Origin: an uncultured Candidatus Saccharibacteria bacterium
GTDB lineage: Bacteria; Patescibacteriota; Dojkabacteria; J137
DNA: 64,000 nucleotides
NCBI GenBank assembly: GCA_964607415.1
Contig: CAZSKK010000001.1
Span: forward strand, 405,974-469,973
Direction: 5' to 3'
Shown: positions 56,001 to 64,000 of the stretch, piece after piece
Layout: every line of letters begins with the position of its first letter
How positions within the stretch are numbered: the stretch's first letter is position 1
Notes under the pieces: generated by a model
The model's database searches: none
The model's input: only the letters and a program-made list of their open reading frames with translations
Told to the model about the DNA's origin: nothing
Position numbers and translations under genes: made by a program

Positions 56001-57619
56001 TGTCCGAAATTAGAGCTTGCTTGATTACTTTCAGAAAACCAATCAGCATTTGCTGGGGTCCCATTTACTCCCAAGCCAGAGGGCGATCCATAATATACAA
56101 AAGCTGCCCCTTCATCTATTTCTGGATTGTCATAAGTATCTGCGCCAATTATTACATCATCAACATTATCTCCATTTACGTCTCCAGCACCAGATACTGA
56201 ATATCCAAGGTGTGCTGAGGCTTGGTTACTTTCTGCAAGCCAATCAGCATTTGCTGGGGTTCCATTTGCCCCAAGACCAGAAGAGGAGCCATACCAAACT
56301 AATGCCACCCCTTCCTGCGATTGTCCATTATTATAAAGATATGAACCTATTATTATATCTTCGTAAGTATCATCGTTTACATCCCCAGCATTCGCAACTG
56401 AGTATCCCAAAAAACTTGAAGCTAGATTTGCTTCTGCACTCCAATCTGCATTAGTAGGATCTCCATTTGTGCCTGGTCCTGTACTTGAACTTAGCCACAG
56501 AAAAGCTGCTCCTTCGTTACTTTGTACATTATCATATGCATAAGCCCCAACCAAAATATCTGAATAAGTATCAAAATTCACATCCACAAGTGCAACTGAA
56601 TAACCAAAATTTGAGTTACTTTGGGTACTATCAGCTAACCAGTCCGATGCCAAAGAGGGACCAGAAGCTGATCCATAATATAAAAAAGCAGCGCCCTCAT
56701 TACTAGTTCCGTTATCAAATAAATACGCTCCTACAAGTAAATCATCAAACCCATCGCCATTAACATCACCCGATGCAACAGATCTTCCAAAATCAGCACT
56801 TGCTTGGTCAGCCTCAGCAGTCCAATCTGGTGTTAGGGCAAGTGGGTCAATATTTATTGGATATGTTGCATTAGAATCATTTATTCTGTATTTAAGCTGA
56901 TTAGCTGCCTCATCAAAGCTATAATTGCTTTCTAGATTAACGCCATTTGCGTCGGTAACTACTAAATTCCCGAATTCTAAAACCGATTTTTCAGAATCAA
57001 AAAATGCAACTTTATCATCACTGACACTAAGCGAAAGCTCAGAATTTATGTCAAACATTACTTCAAGATTTCCTGCACCAGCTGGAGCATTATCTATAGT
57101 TAAATTTTGTTTAATTCCTTGTGGAGAATTTTGATACCACTCAACTAACAAATCATAGTTTAAATTGATCGTGTTATTTGTATTGTCAGTTGTAATATTC
57201 TGAAACACTGGGCTTAAAATCTCCTCAGATTTTGAAATACCTGAAAGTTTCATATTTAATTTCCAGTTTCTAGTATTTGTAATGTCTTTAGGTTCTAAAT
57301 CCCAGCCCTCTTTAGATATATATGATCTTAGGTTTGTATTTCTATTTACAAAGTGCCATTTGGAATTTGTAAAGTTATTACCCGCTGAATCCGCAGATTG
57401 AAGAGAAAATGAAAGCTCTTTTTGAATTATATCTTTACTAACATTTGATAACCACAAAGAATCTTCTGGGTTAAGGTCTTGAATAGACTTTTGGTCATCA
57501 AAAATTTTATTTTCCTGGCCAATATTTAATGTTTTTAGATTTGGCGTACCTATAAAAAAAGTGAACGACAAAACAGAAAACGCAATACAGGCAATTAAGA
57601 TTGCTTTAAACCTAGGCAT
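53078..57619 (-). CDS. giant (1513 aa) cell-surface protein with tandem FG-GAP/integrin-alpha-like repeats and repeated beta-domain modules, C-terminal TM anchor
   Basis: N-terminal signal/TM; about 8 repeats of FG.SVA.GDVNGDGFDD(L/I)(L/I)VGA...NEGAAF(L/V)(Y/W)YG; downstream repeated TNLNWN...QTVTVTG modules; C-terminal hydrophobic LLLLILIAIIFAL. Confidence 0.8.
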   Translation of the reverse strand: MPRFKAILIACIAFSVLSFTFFIGTPNLKTLNIGQENKIFDDQKSIQDLNPEDSLWLSNVSKDIIQKELSFSLQSADSAGNNFTNSKWHFVNRNTNLRSYISKEGWDLEPKDITNTRNWKLNMKLSGISKSEEILSPVFQNITTDNTNNTINLNYDLLVEWYQNSPQGIKQNLTIDNAPAGAGNLEVMFDINSELSLSVSDDKVAFFDSEKSVLEFGNLVVTDANGVNLESNYSFDEAANQLKYRINDSNATYPINIDPLALTPDWTAEADQASADFGRSVASGDVNGDGFDDLLVGAYLFDNGTSNEGAAFLYYGSASGPSLASDWLADSTQSNSNFGYSVALVDVNFDTYSDILVGAYAYDNVQSNEGAAFLWLSSSTGPGTNGDPTNADWSAEANLASSFLGYSVANAGDVNDDTYEDIIIGSYLYNNGQSQEGVALVWYGSSSGLGANGTPANADWLAESNQASAHLGYSVSGAGDVNGDNVDDVIIGADTYDNPEIDEGAAFVYYGSPSGLGVNGTPANADWFSESNQASSNFGHSVSRAGDVNGDTFDDIIIGAHVYTSSLTGEGAAFVWYGSGSGLGTSGTPANADWQAFAVQSNANLGASVSYAGDTNGDGFDEVIVGASGYDNGQSNEGAAFLWYGADIGLGSNGTPANSDWTTEANVANSFFGTSVATGDINGDSYSDVIVGAPGFTNVQSAEGRVFLYLADPPPGFSVNQTAGNTTVVEGGLTDSFSVVLTSQPATDVIIDLSSSDTTAVTIDQAQLTFTNLNWNISQNVNVSAPEDADAVVENVTITASINDALSDDGFDPLTNQTINVNLTDNDLVGINVSAISGNTNELGAQATFTVVLLSQPTNDVTIPVSSSDTIEGTVSTTLLTFTNLNWNFTQTVTVTGQDDFIDDGAITYTIILGNSISSDGTYNNINPDDLTLDNLDNDTAGALVAVQDSITSESGSTGNFTIVLTSEPLSDVTIPLSSDNTNEGTIAITEVVFTNLNWNIAQTITVTGAPDPVPTVDGAVIYHIITGDPTSSDPIYNDLNASDISDATFSNQNTDGFGIIITPIGPSITSETGDSALFRFTLLSYPSGDVTIPISVSDPTEGTLVASTELTIVPADWNNAIVNDLNVWGVDDVLFDGDIDYNLVTGDPFSTDPNYDSLTAADVADPLLTNLDNDTPGITVSSVSGNTSELGAQATFTVILDSQPTSDVTIPISSSNAHEGTVSSANLIFTDSNWDTAQTVTITGQNDYIDDGDIPYSIVIGLTTSSDTNYNNVNPNDLTLSNTDDDTFGITVTPPTGNTNEAGTSTSFSIVLNSEPQFNVSIPISSSDTTEAIVSTSNITFTNLNWNTPQSVIVTGQDDLTDDGDINFTVNLEPTVSTDANYNNIDLVNINLVNLDNDDPAQPPSTNQSSQNSNNVGSAGVNLQNELLSSEALENKEVNATVSTGSDSENQPNKATTGEQLQNPVDTSGQSNSEDSGFKLKLSWLKIPSLLLLILIAIIFALKSLGSRDQNR

Positions 57620-57700
57620 ACTAAGGCGTTTAATTACTTCATTCTATCAGGAATAAATTATAATTTGTTAAGAAGATTAATGATGTTTTAAAAGTTTTAG

Positions 57701-57994
57701 ATGTTTGATATTCTTAAATATATGTGTATTCATCTTGAACCTAAAACCGCCCAAAATATTATTCATAAATCGCAATTTATTAAATTTGAATGCGAAGAGT
57801 GTGTAAAGATAAATAGCCGCTGGGTTCATTTAAGAATCTGCCAAACTTGTGGCAAAATGTTGTGTTGCGATTCTTCTCCTAATCATCATGCTAGAAGTCA
57901 TTTTGAAGAGTCTGGCCATCCAGTAATTTCATCTGCCGAGCTTGGCGAAAACTGGCTTTATTGCTTTATTGATGACGAAACTAAAGAGTATTAA
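57701..57994 (+). CDS. UBP-type zinc-finger (zf-UBP) protein
   Basis: Cys/His pattern C..C....RWVHLRICQTCGKMLCCDSSPNHHARSHFEESGHPV characteristic of zf-UBP. Confidence 0.5.
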   Translation: MFDILKYMCIHLEPKTAQNIIHKSQFIKFECEECVKINSRWVHLRICQTCGKMLCCDSSPNHHARSHFEESGHPVISSAELGENWLYCFIDDETKEY

Positions 57995-58065
57995 ATTTTG
58001 TAAAGATAGTTTTTAACTTTAGTACTTTGAAACAAATCGTTAATCTTACTTCTTAAATAGTTTCT

Positions 58066-58545
58066 ATGCCCAACAAAATTACTCCCTACCTATGGTTCGA
58101 TAATAATGCTGAAGAAGCAATGGAATACTATGTTGAAATATTCTCTAAAGCTCCAAGTAAAAATAAGTGCGAAATAACCAGTAAACAAATGGGACCAGAT
58201 GGAAAACTATTTGTTGGGACTTTCAAACTTAACAATCAAGAGTTTTTTGTTTTGAATGGTGGCCCACAGCACTTTAATTTTAATGAATCTATTTCTTTTT
58301 TTGTAAATTGTAAAACCCAAGAGGAAGTTAATTATTTCTGGAATGAGTTAACTTCCAATGGAGGTGAAGAAAGTATGTGCGGCTGGCTTAAAGACAAATT
58401 TGGATTATCATGGCAAATTATTCCTGATGCTTTGATGGAATATATTGGAGGAGCTGATCCCCAAAAGTCAGAAAAAGCAATGCAAGCAATGTTAAAAATG
58501 AAAAAGATTGTAATTGCTGATCTTAAAAAAGCGTATGAGTTATAA
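58066..58545 (+). CDS. VOC-superfamily protein, PhnB-like (3-demethylubiquinone-9 3-methyltransferase-domain fold)
   Basis: ITPYLWFDNNAEEAMEYYVEIF N-terminus typical of PhnB-like proteins. Confidence 0.55.
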   Translation: MPNKITPYLWFDNNAEEAMEYYVEIFSKAPSKNKCEITSKQMGPDGKLFVGTFKLNNQEFFVLNGGPQHFNFNESISFFVNCKTQEEVNYFWNELTSNGGEESMCGWLKDKFGLSWQIIPDALMEYIGGADPQKSEKAMQAMLKMKKIVIADLKKAYEL

Positions 58546-58628
58546 TGTTATAAAGTTCGAACGTTAAAACGTTATAACTTTACAACTTTGAAACATTCAA
58601 TTTTAAATTTATTTGTTAAAAACTCACT

Positions 58629-59000
58629 ATGTTGAACTTAAACTCAGTAATGATAGGAACCAGTCAGCCAAAAGTTATGGCAGAATTTTACGAAAAAGTT
58701 TTTGGGAAAAAACCAGATATGGTTGATGGCGATTGGTCTGGGTGGCAAATTGGATCATGTTTTTTAACAATTGGTTCACATTCAGAAGTAGTTGGTAAAG
58801 CAAAAGAACCTCAAAGAATAATGCTAAACATTGAGACATCCGAAGTAAAAAAAGAATTTGAAAGAATTAAGGAACTTGGCGCAGAAGTTGTAAAAGCACC
58901 GTATGAAATGGTTGAAGGCGATGGCATGTTTATTGCAACACTTTCAGATCCAGATGGTAACTTTTTCCAGCTAATGCCACCATGGGAACCACAGAAGTAA
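58629..59000 (+). CDS. VOC/glyoxalase-family protein
   Basis: 123 aa, glyoxalase-like beta-alpha-beta-beta-beta pattern (tentative). Confidence 0.45.
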   Translation: MLNLNSVMIGTSQPKVMAEFYEKVFGKKPDMVDGDWSGWQIGSCFLTIGSHSEVVGKAKEPQRIMLNIETSEVKKEFERIKELGAEVVKAPYEMVEGDGMFIATLSDPDGNFFQLMPPWEPQK

Positions 59001-59003
59001 ATA

Positions 59004-59066
59004 TGTCATCCCGAGGGAAATCGAGGGATAGACATGTCATGGTTCGATTTCCCTCACCATGACATC
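59004..59066. repeat. MITE/REP-like inverted-repeat element, copy B (TGTCATCCCGAGGGAAATCGAGGGAT ... GGTTCGATTTCCCTCACCATGACAT)
   Basis: left arm identical over about 24 nt to the reverse complement of the right arm of copy A (1986-2009). Confidence 0.55.
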
Positions 59067-59104
59067 TAGAGGTATAATGAGTTATATATTTAAATACCTT
59101 CTAT

Positions 59105-59866
59105 ATGAATTTTCTTGAAACTCTTCAAAAACCAATAAAAGAACGCGAGGCATTCAATAAAATTGGCTTTTATTTTCTTGCCAATTTTGTACTTTTTTTA
59201 ATTTTGATACCTTTGGTACTGATTGGAATTATTCCAATTTTAGGTTGGCTTATTCTTTGTTTTGGAGGAATTTTTCTGATGGCTGCATTTGTAGTTTTAA
59301 ATAATAACTACTTTTATGAGTATGCAAAAGCTGGAATGGAAGATAGGGACACTGGCAAGATTTGGGAAATGGAGAAGCGAGATTTAATTAGAAAAGCAGG
59401 TAAATTATTTTTAGTTCAGCTGATCTACTCTATCCCTTTAATTGTAATTTCTACTGTATTGTCACTCGGACAAACATTTCTTGATTTAATGGATCCGTCA
59501 GATGTAAGAACATTTTTATACATCATATTGATTTTTTGTTACTTGGTATATTACCTAATTAGTATTGTATATAATTTTTATGTTTCAATTCCTGCGCAAC
59601 TACAGTTAATAAAAACTCATACATTTAGCGAGGCATTTAAATTTAGAAAACTTTATGAAAATAGTATAAAAAATCGAACTTATAACACTGTTATCCTATG
59701 GCAGGTTGCAATTTCCTTTGCGGCTTTAGCAATAGTTGGAATTAACTTCTTTTTGACATTTTTGTTAGTTGGAATTTGTTTATGGCCATTTATAATAATT
59801 GCGCTACTGGTTTATAGCGAAATTATGCTTCCATATGCAATTGGTAAAGCGTATGTAAGTAAATAG
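59105..59866 (+). CDS. polytopic membrane protein, unknown
   Basis: about 6 TM helices. Confidence 0.4.
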   Translation: MNFLETLQKPIKEREAFNKIGFYFLANFVLFLILIPLVLIGIIPILGWLILCFGGIFLMAAFVVLNNNYFYEYAKAGMEDRDTGKIWEMEKRDLIRKAGKLFLVQLIYSIPLIVISTVLSLGQTFLDLMDPSDVRTFLYIILIFCYLVYYLISIVYNFYVSIPAQLQLIKTHTFSEAFKFRKLYENSIKNRTYNTVILWQVAISFAALAIVGINFFLTFLLVGICLWPFIIIALLVYSEIMLPYAIGKAYVSK

Positions 59867-59900
59867 ATAGCATTTTAATTAGTTTCTTTATTAATTTATA

Positions 59901-60986
59901 ATGGCAAGCGATCAAGCTCCAACGGATTCTATCTACTTAGAGAGCGAATCTGAATTACTACCTAAAAATATAATTGATACCTTTGTTAGAAAGATTTTAA
60001 CCACAGGAGACTTGAATTTAGAAACACAACCTTTTGAGTTTGGGCTAAGCACACGCGGAGAACCTCAAAACCTACACGAACTTAGATCTGCTCTTTTTTT
60101 CCCTTTTGCACTCCGTGCTACATCCAGTAAATTTGCTGAAGAATCAGAAAAATCAGGTAAAATTTCTACTAAAGTTGTGGGTGATATTTTTGAAGATGAT
60201 CATGGGAAAATTTCAGCGTATAGAGTTATGCCCACTTGCGAATTAGACAATAATTCATTTTTATTTCATCTATTTATAACTACTTATTCATCATTATCCT
60301 ATGCAAGAAAGCATATGGATGTTTTATCCCCTTATGATGAGTATTGGTTATTAAAAAGTGAGGAAATAAAATCACTTTTATCTACCGACTTGACCTCTGA
60401 AGATTTGAAATCAATACTTAATGAGGCTAGAAAAAATAAAGCCTCGGAAATAGATGATGTACCCACTTTCCAACTGATGTATTATCAAGATAATAGTTAT
60501 AGAAAGAATTTTTTGGAAGAATGGAATAAAAGCCAAAAAGAGGAACCCCATTTTTGGGGGTATGTTCTTCAACCACAAGGTTCCGGATATTCTGTACCTA
60601 TACTAGGTAAATACTACGACCCATTTACTGAGAAAGGGATAGATCCATCAGCAACTCCAACGGAGTTAGATTACATTCAGCTTAAGTTAACTCAAGATTT
60701 AATCACCCAAGCAGAGCAATTACTTTTATCCAATGATGGTCTTCTAGAACTATTAACTAAAACAATTTTGGATGAATATCAAACTCATCTTGAAGAAATC
60801 AAGCGTCTAAGGGCTAACGGTATGCCTCTTGATGACGATGCCAATAGGGAAGTTCAAAGATTAGCTTTGCATGTAGGTTTGGTTCTGGATCAAGCTATTT
60901 CGGTAATTGCAGCGGGTTTTTTTATGCCAAAACTAATAGAATCGCTAAAAGAGCTTGCAACAAAAAATATCGGCTTATTAAAATAG
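59901..60986 (+). CDS. hypothetical soluble protein
   Basis: ORF only. Confidence 0.35.
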   Translation: MASDQAPTDSIYLESESELLPKNIIDTFVRKILTTGDLNLETQPFEFGLSTRGEPQNLHELRSALFFPFALRATSSKFAEESEKSGKISTKVVGDIFEDDHGKISAYRVMPTCELDNNSFLFHLFITTYSSLSYARKHMDVLSPYDEYWLLKSEEIKSLLSTDLTSEDLKSILNEARKNKASEIDDVPTFQLMYYQDNSYRKNFLEEWNKSQKEEPHFWGYVLQPQGSGYSVPILGKYYDPFTEKGIDPSATPTELDYIQLKLTQDLITQAEQLLLSNDGLLELLTKTILDEYQTHLEEIKRLRANGMPLDDDANREVQRLALHVGLVLDQAISVIAAGFFMPKLIESLKELATKNIGLLK

Positions 60987-61059
60987 TTTCACTTTCTTTT
61001 TTGCTACCAATCACTACAAAACAGGAATATACTAAACTTATATAATTTAATTTATTCCA

Positions 61060-61896
61060 ATGGACAACACCCAAGAAACTATCCAAAGTGCTCAACCTTT
61101 TACAGAACAGAAACAAAAAGGTAAGAAAACCTTAATAATACTGCTTGTTTTAATAATAATAGCTTTATTATTTACCTCTATTGCTGCAGTTGCAGTACTA
61201 CTTCTTTCTAAATCTGATAATTCAAGTACCGATGATGTTTCTCAACAAGAAGATAGCGATATATCCACAGAATATGAAAATATAGATAGTAATGAACAGG
61301 CATCTTCAACTACCGAAGAATTTAATGGAAGTTATATTCAAGCAACTATTCCTACAGATTGGAACATTGTTGAGTACTCAGATGTAAACGGAATGAAGTA
61401 CTATGCAGAGCAAGAAGGACTTACTTTTTCCGGCTTAACTGGAATTTCAATTTTGGATGAAGATAACGTGGAAGTTTTTACACTAAAAGGTGTTGATGGA
61501 ATTGGAGGTACAGGAGGATGCACCGAACTTGCTCAATTTAGCGATACAGAAGCCAGTTATGTTCAAACAACTATTGATGAAACAAATGTGTTAGGTTTTG
61601 GCCCTACAAATGTTTTAGACTATACAGCTAGCAATTACTCCGATATTTCTTTTTTAGGAAAAGATTTTAGAAGGGTTGGAAATGTTTTGTATGTTGATAT
61701 GGAAAACTCGTTAACAGCATTTAATGCTGGATGTGGTTTAAATGGGCAGTTTGTAACTCTGAATGCTTTAGGATTTACATTATCAAGTAACTTGGATACA
61801 TACACCGCTTATGCTTATGAATTTAAAATTAATAGTGCTGTAGTTGATGAAGAAACTCTGACTAAACTAGATGATGTGTTAAATAGCATTCAATAA
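61060..61896 (+). CDS. membrane-anchored hypothetical protein with Ser/Asp-rich linker
   Basis: N-terminal TM (LIILLVLIIIALLFTSIAAVAVLLL), acidic low-complexity linker, C-terminal globular domain. Confidence 0.35.
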   Translation: MDNTQETIQSAQPFTEQKQKGKKTLIILLVLIIIALLFTSIAAVAVLLLSKSDNSSTDDVSQQEDSDISTEYENIDSNEQASSTTEEFNGSYIQATIPTDWNIVEYSDVNGMKYYAEQEGLTFSGLTGISILDEDNVEVFTLKGVDGIGGTGGCTELAQFSDTEASYVQTTIDETNVLGFGPTNVLDYTASNYSDISFLGKDFRRVGNVLYVDMENSLTAFNAGCGLNGQFVTLNALGFTLSSNLDTYTAYAYEFKINSAVVDEETLTKLDDVLNSIQ

Positions 61897-61988
61897 GAAG
61901 CAAATTTTAATAAGTAAATAGAAAACGGTAACTGGTAATTCAAAAAAGCCAGTTACTACTTTCTTTATAACATTGTCGATCTTTATTT

Positions 61989-62990
61989 TTAGGATTCAAC
62001 GGAAAATAATTGTTTCATTGATACATATGCAGTTTGTCCTGGTTTTACTGTTAAATAATCCCTACCAGGAATGCCACGGGCATCTTCCCCTCCCCATGTC
62101 ATCTCAACACAAATGTATCGTTCAGGATTATCTGTCCATATAACGATTTCTGCATCTCTTCCTATATAACCCGATAGAGGAATTAAGTTAATAGAAGTTT
62201 TTCTTTTGTCGTAAATTTTTCCTTTTACTCCTTCAATTTGACCAGATCCATTAACTTGTATGATTTGACTAGTTGGAACAATAATTGAATTAAGAAGTTG
62301 CTTTGCTGATTCTATTTCAACACCCTCTATTTCAAGCGCTTCTAAAGGATTAACATTGTTATGTCTTTTTGTATATCGATGTAATCCAGGAGCAAGAAAT
62401 AGTGGATTTTTACTGTCATTTGCAATCTGGATTGAAGTTATCACCCCACCATCTTTATCAATTTGATGAATGATATAAAAAGCAGTATTCGGATATTTTT
62501 CTTCGCCACAGAATTCTTCACCCTTTATTGAAAAAACTACTCTTCCATTTTCCAAATCAGATAAATGTGATTCAAAAGTGGTTAAGCTTGTTTCTAATAT
62601 TCCATGCATTCTGTGAACTTTCATACCATCGGTACCAAGTTGAGGAATTCCTATCGGATCATGTCCTCTAGCAACATCTTCGTTGTAAATAGTCCCAAAA
62701 GTACCTTTATACACTAGCTGATGTTTATCAATTTCCAAAGAAATAAGTTGCCCTCCATGCTCTGAAAATATCGCTTTTACTCTCTTACCATCATCTATTG
62801 AAAGATTCATTTCTATATGTCGTGCTCCTACAATCTCATTGTTACTGTTATTATAAATAACCACTTCTGAATCGAATCTAGGGACAGATTCAAGTAAAGT
62901 TCCAACTTCTTGTTCAGAAATAGCAGCTAAAATAGTATTATGTCCATTAACAACATTGTTTTCTGGTGTAATATTTATAATATATGCCAT
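61989..62990 (-). CDS. hypothetical protein (beta-rich; aldose-epimerase-like fold is only a guess)
   Basis: ORF only. Confidence 0.3.
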   Translation of the reverse strand: MAYIINITPENNVVNGHNTILAAISEQEVGTLLESVPRFDSEVVIYNNSNNEIVGARHIEMNLSIDDGKRVKAIFSEHGGQLISLEIDKHQLVYKGTFGTIYNEDVARGHDPIGIPQLGTDGMKVHRMHGILETSLTTFESHLSDLENGRVVFSIKGEEFCGEEKYPNTAFYIIHQIDKDGGVITSIQIANDSKNPLFLAPGLHRYTKRHNNVNPLEALEIEGVEIESAKQLLNSIIVPTSQIIQVNGSGQIEGVKGKIYDKRKTSINLIPLSGYIGRDAEIVIWTDNPERYICVEMTWGGEDARGIPGRDYLTVKPGQTAYVSMKQLFSVES

Positions 62991-63051
62991 TGATTTTAGA
63001 TAATATAGTATTAATGAAGGATTTTACCACATAATATATCCATTAAACGAA

Positions 63052-63225
63052 ATGCCCCAAAAGGAATTAGCCGAAAAAGTCGGTGTAACAAGGCAAACAA
63101 TTATAGCTATAGAAAAAGGAAACTATTCGCCATCACTAGAACTTGCCCTTAAAATAGCAAAAAAATATTTAAATCTTTATTGGAACGGCCCTAAAGATAC
63201 CACTACTGAGGAATTAAAAACCTAG
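63052..63225 (+). CDS. small XRE-family HTH protein (57 aa), not in the ORF track
   Basis: manual translation [57 protein letters not shown]; classic Cro/C1 HTH ([18 protein letters not shown]). Confidence 0.5.
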   Translation: MPQKELAEKVGVTRQTIIAIEKGNYSPSLELALKIAKKYLNLYWNGPKDTTTEELKT

Positions 63226-63255
63226 ATTTGCTTTAAGTAATCGAGGTTGAAGATC

Positions 63256-64000
63256 TTAATATGTACTCCAACCACCATCAGCTACTACAATAGCGCCGTT
63301 CACAAAGCTGGCTTCGTCTGATGCTAAGAATAATGCTACATTTGCAACTTCCAGTGGGTTAGCAACTTTTTGGGATCCTTGTGTTGAAAGCATACTTTTA
63401 ACAAGCTTTCCTGCGGTTGAAAGATCAATATTTCCACTCATAATGTTTGTTTTCATAGCACCTGGAGCTATTGCGTTGCAACGTATTCCTGATTTTGAAT
63501 AAAAATATGCCGTGTTTTTTGTTAAACCAAGAATTCCATGTTTGCTTGCAGTGTATGCAGCCCCTGCTCTTCCGCCTTCAATTCCTGCAATTGATGCAAT
63601 GTTTACAATAACTCCTTGTTTTTGAGGTTCAAAAATTTTTATAGCTTCCCGCATCATATAAAATGTTCCTTTAAGATTAATGTTTATAACCTTATCAAAT
63701 ATCTCATCCGATAAACTACCAACAGGATCAAGCTTATCCATAACTCCAGCATTGTTAACTACAATATCAATAGTTCCAAATTTATTTTGAGCTTCTAGAA
63801 AAATATTTCTGACATCTTCCAGTTTAGAAATATCAGCAACAACCTGGGAAATCACTAAGTCGGGCGTAACTTCACTTATAAATTGATCTAAGGTTTCTTT
63901 GTTATAGTCAACTGCAATTACTTTTGCTCCTTGCCTTGCAAATAATAGAGCTATTTGTTTACCCAAACCTGAAGCAGCACCCGTAACAATTGTAACTTTG
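63256..64000 (-). CDS. short-chain dehydrogenase/reductase (SDR), N-terminus truncated by window end
   Basis: NAG, YxxxK (YTASKHGILGLT) motifs; the last bases of the window encode KVTIVTGAASGLGKQIAL (glycine-rich NAD(P) motif), so the real start lies beyond 64000. Confidence 0.8.
   Translation of the reverse strand, partial: KVTIVTGAASGLGKQIALLFARQGAKVIAVDYNKETLDQFISEVTPDLVISQVVADISKLEDVRNIFLEAQNKFGTIDIVVNNAGVMDKLDPVGSLSDEIFDKVININLKGTFYMMREAIKIFEPQKQGVIVNIASIAGIEGGRAGAAYTASKHGILGLTKNTAYFYSKSGIRCNAIAPGAMKTNIMSGNIDLSTAGKLVKSMLSTQGSQKVANPLEVANVALFLASDEASFVNGAIVVADGGWSTY

Noticed and set aside
56017-56454. 145-aa plus-strand ORF inside the FG-GAP gene
   Set aside because: Antisense His/Gln/Leu-rich artefact of repetitive coding DNA
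1-64000. Alternative genetic code (UGA recoding, as in some candidate phyla)
   Set aside because: Long genes (1513, 660, 607 aa) are intact under the standard code and genes terminate with TAA/TAG/TGA normally; no evidence for recoding

Overview
This is a low-GC (about 30%), gene-dense bacterial segment read in the standard genetic code: the long ORFs are intact and TGA is not recoded. It carries mostly housekeeping genes: efp with epmA and rsmE, gap, cysS, a GatA-like amidase, nusA-ylxR, a truncated dcw block (mraZ-rsmH-ftsL-ftsI), ftsEX, secG, a MraY/WecA-family transferase, a DsbA/VKOR oxidative-folding pair, an OmpR-type two-component system, two TrmB-like regulators, and two tRNAs (Gly-TCC, Gln-TTG). 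The gene content (TrmB-like regulators, an Avd-like four-helix-bundle protein, many NUDIX hydrolases, a Lys-rich NusA tail, DsbA/VKOR) suggests a small-genome Patescibacteria/CPR-like organism; this is inference. I found no rRNA, CRISPR array, transposase, integrase or reverse transcriptase. The most unusual content is non-coding: at least six families of short dispersed intergenic elements. These are (1) a roughly 65-80 bp MITE-like inverted-repeat element; (2) tandem GCTATNN/GCTGATA heptamer arrays at five or more loci; (3) a 22-bp dyad motif CATTGTAT-N4-ATACAAATTT in three copies; (4) a GCAYAATRTGC-palindrome family clustered in structured regions upstream of efp, downstream of cysS and next to tRNA-Gln; (5) GC-rich nested-hairpin elements; and (6) several upstream AT-rich motifs shared between unrelated genes. 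Coding oddities are a cytochrome b5 + 3-Cys ferredoxin + membrane-protein operon, six NUDIX-fold proteins (one with a degenerate Nudix box, one a wHTH-Nudix fusion sitting where infB normally follows nusA-ylxR), an FtsE with a roughly 240-aa C-terminal extension, a 1513-aa FG-GAP surface protein, a frameshifted DUF559 endonuclease pseudogene next to tRNA-Gly, and a zf-UBP protein.
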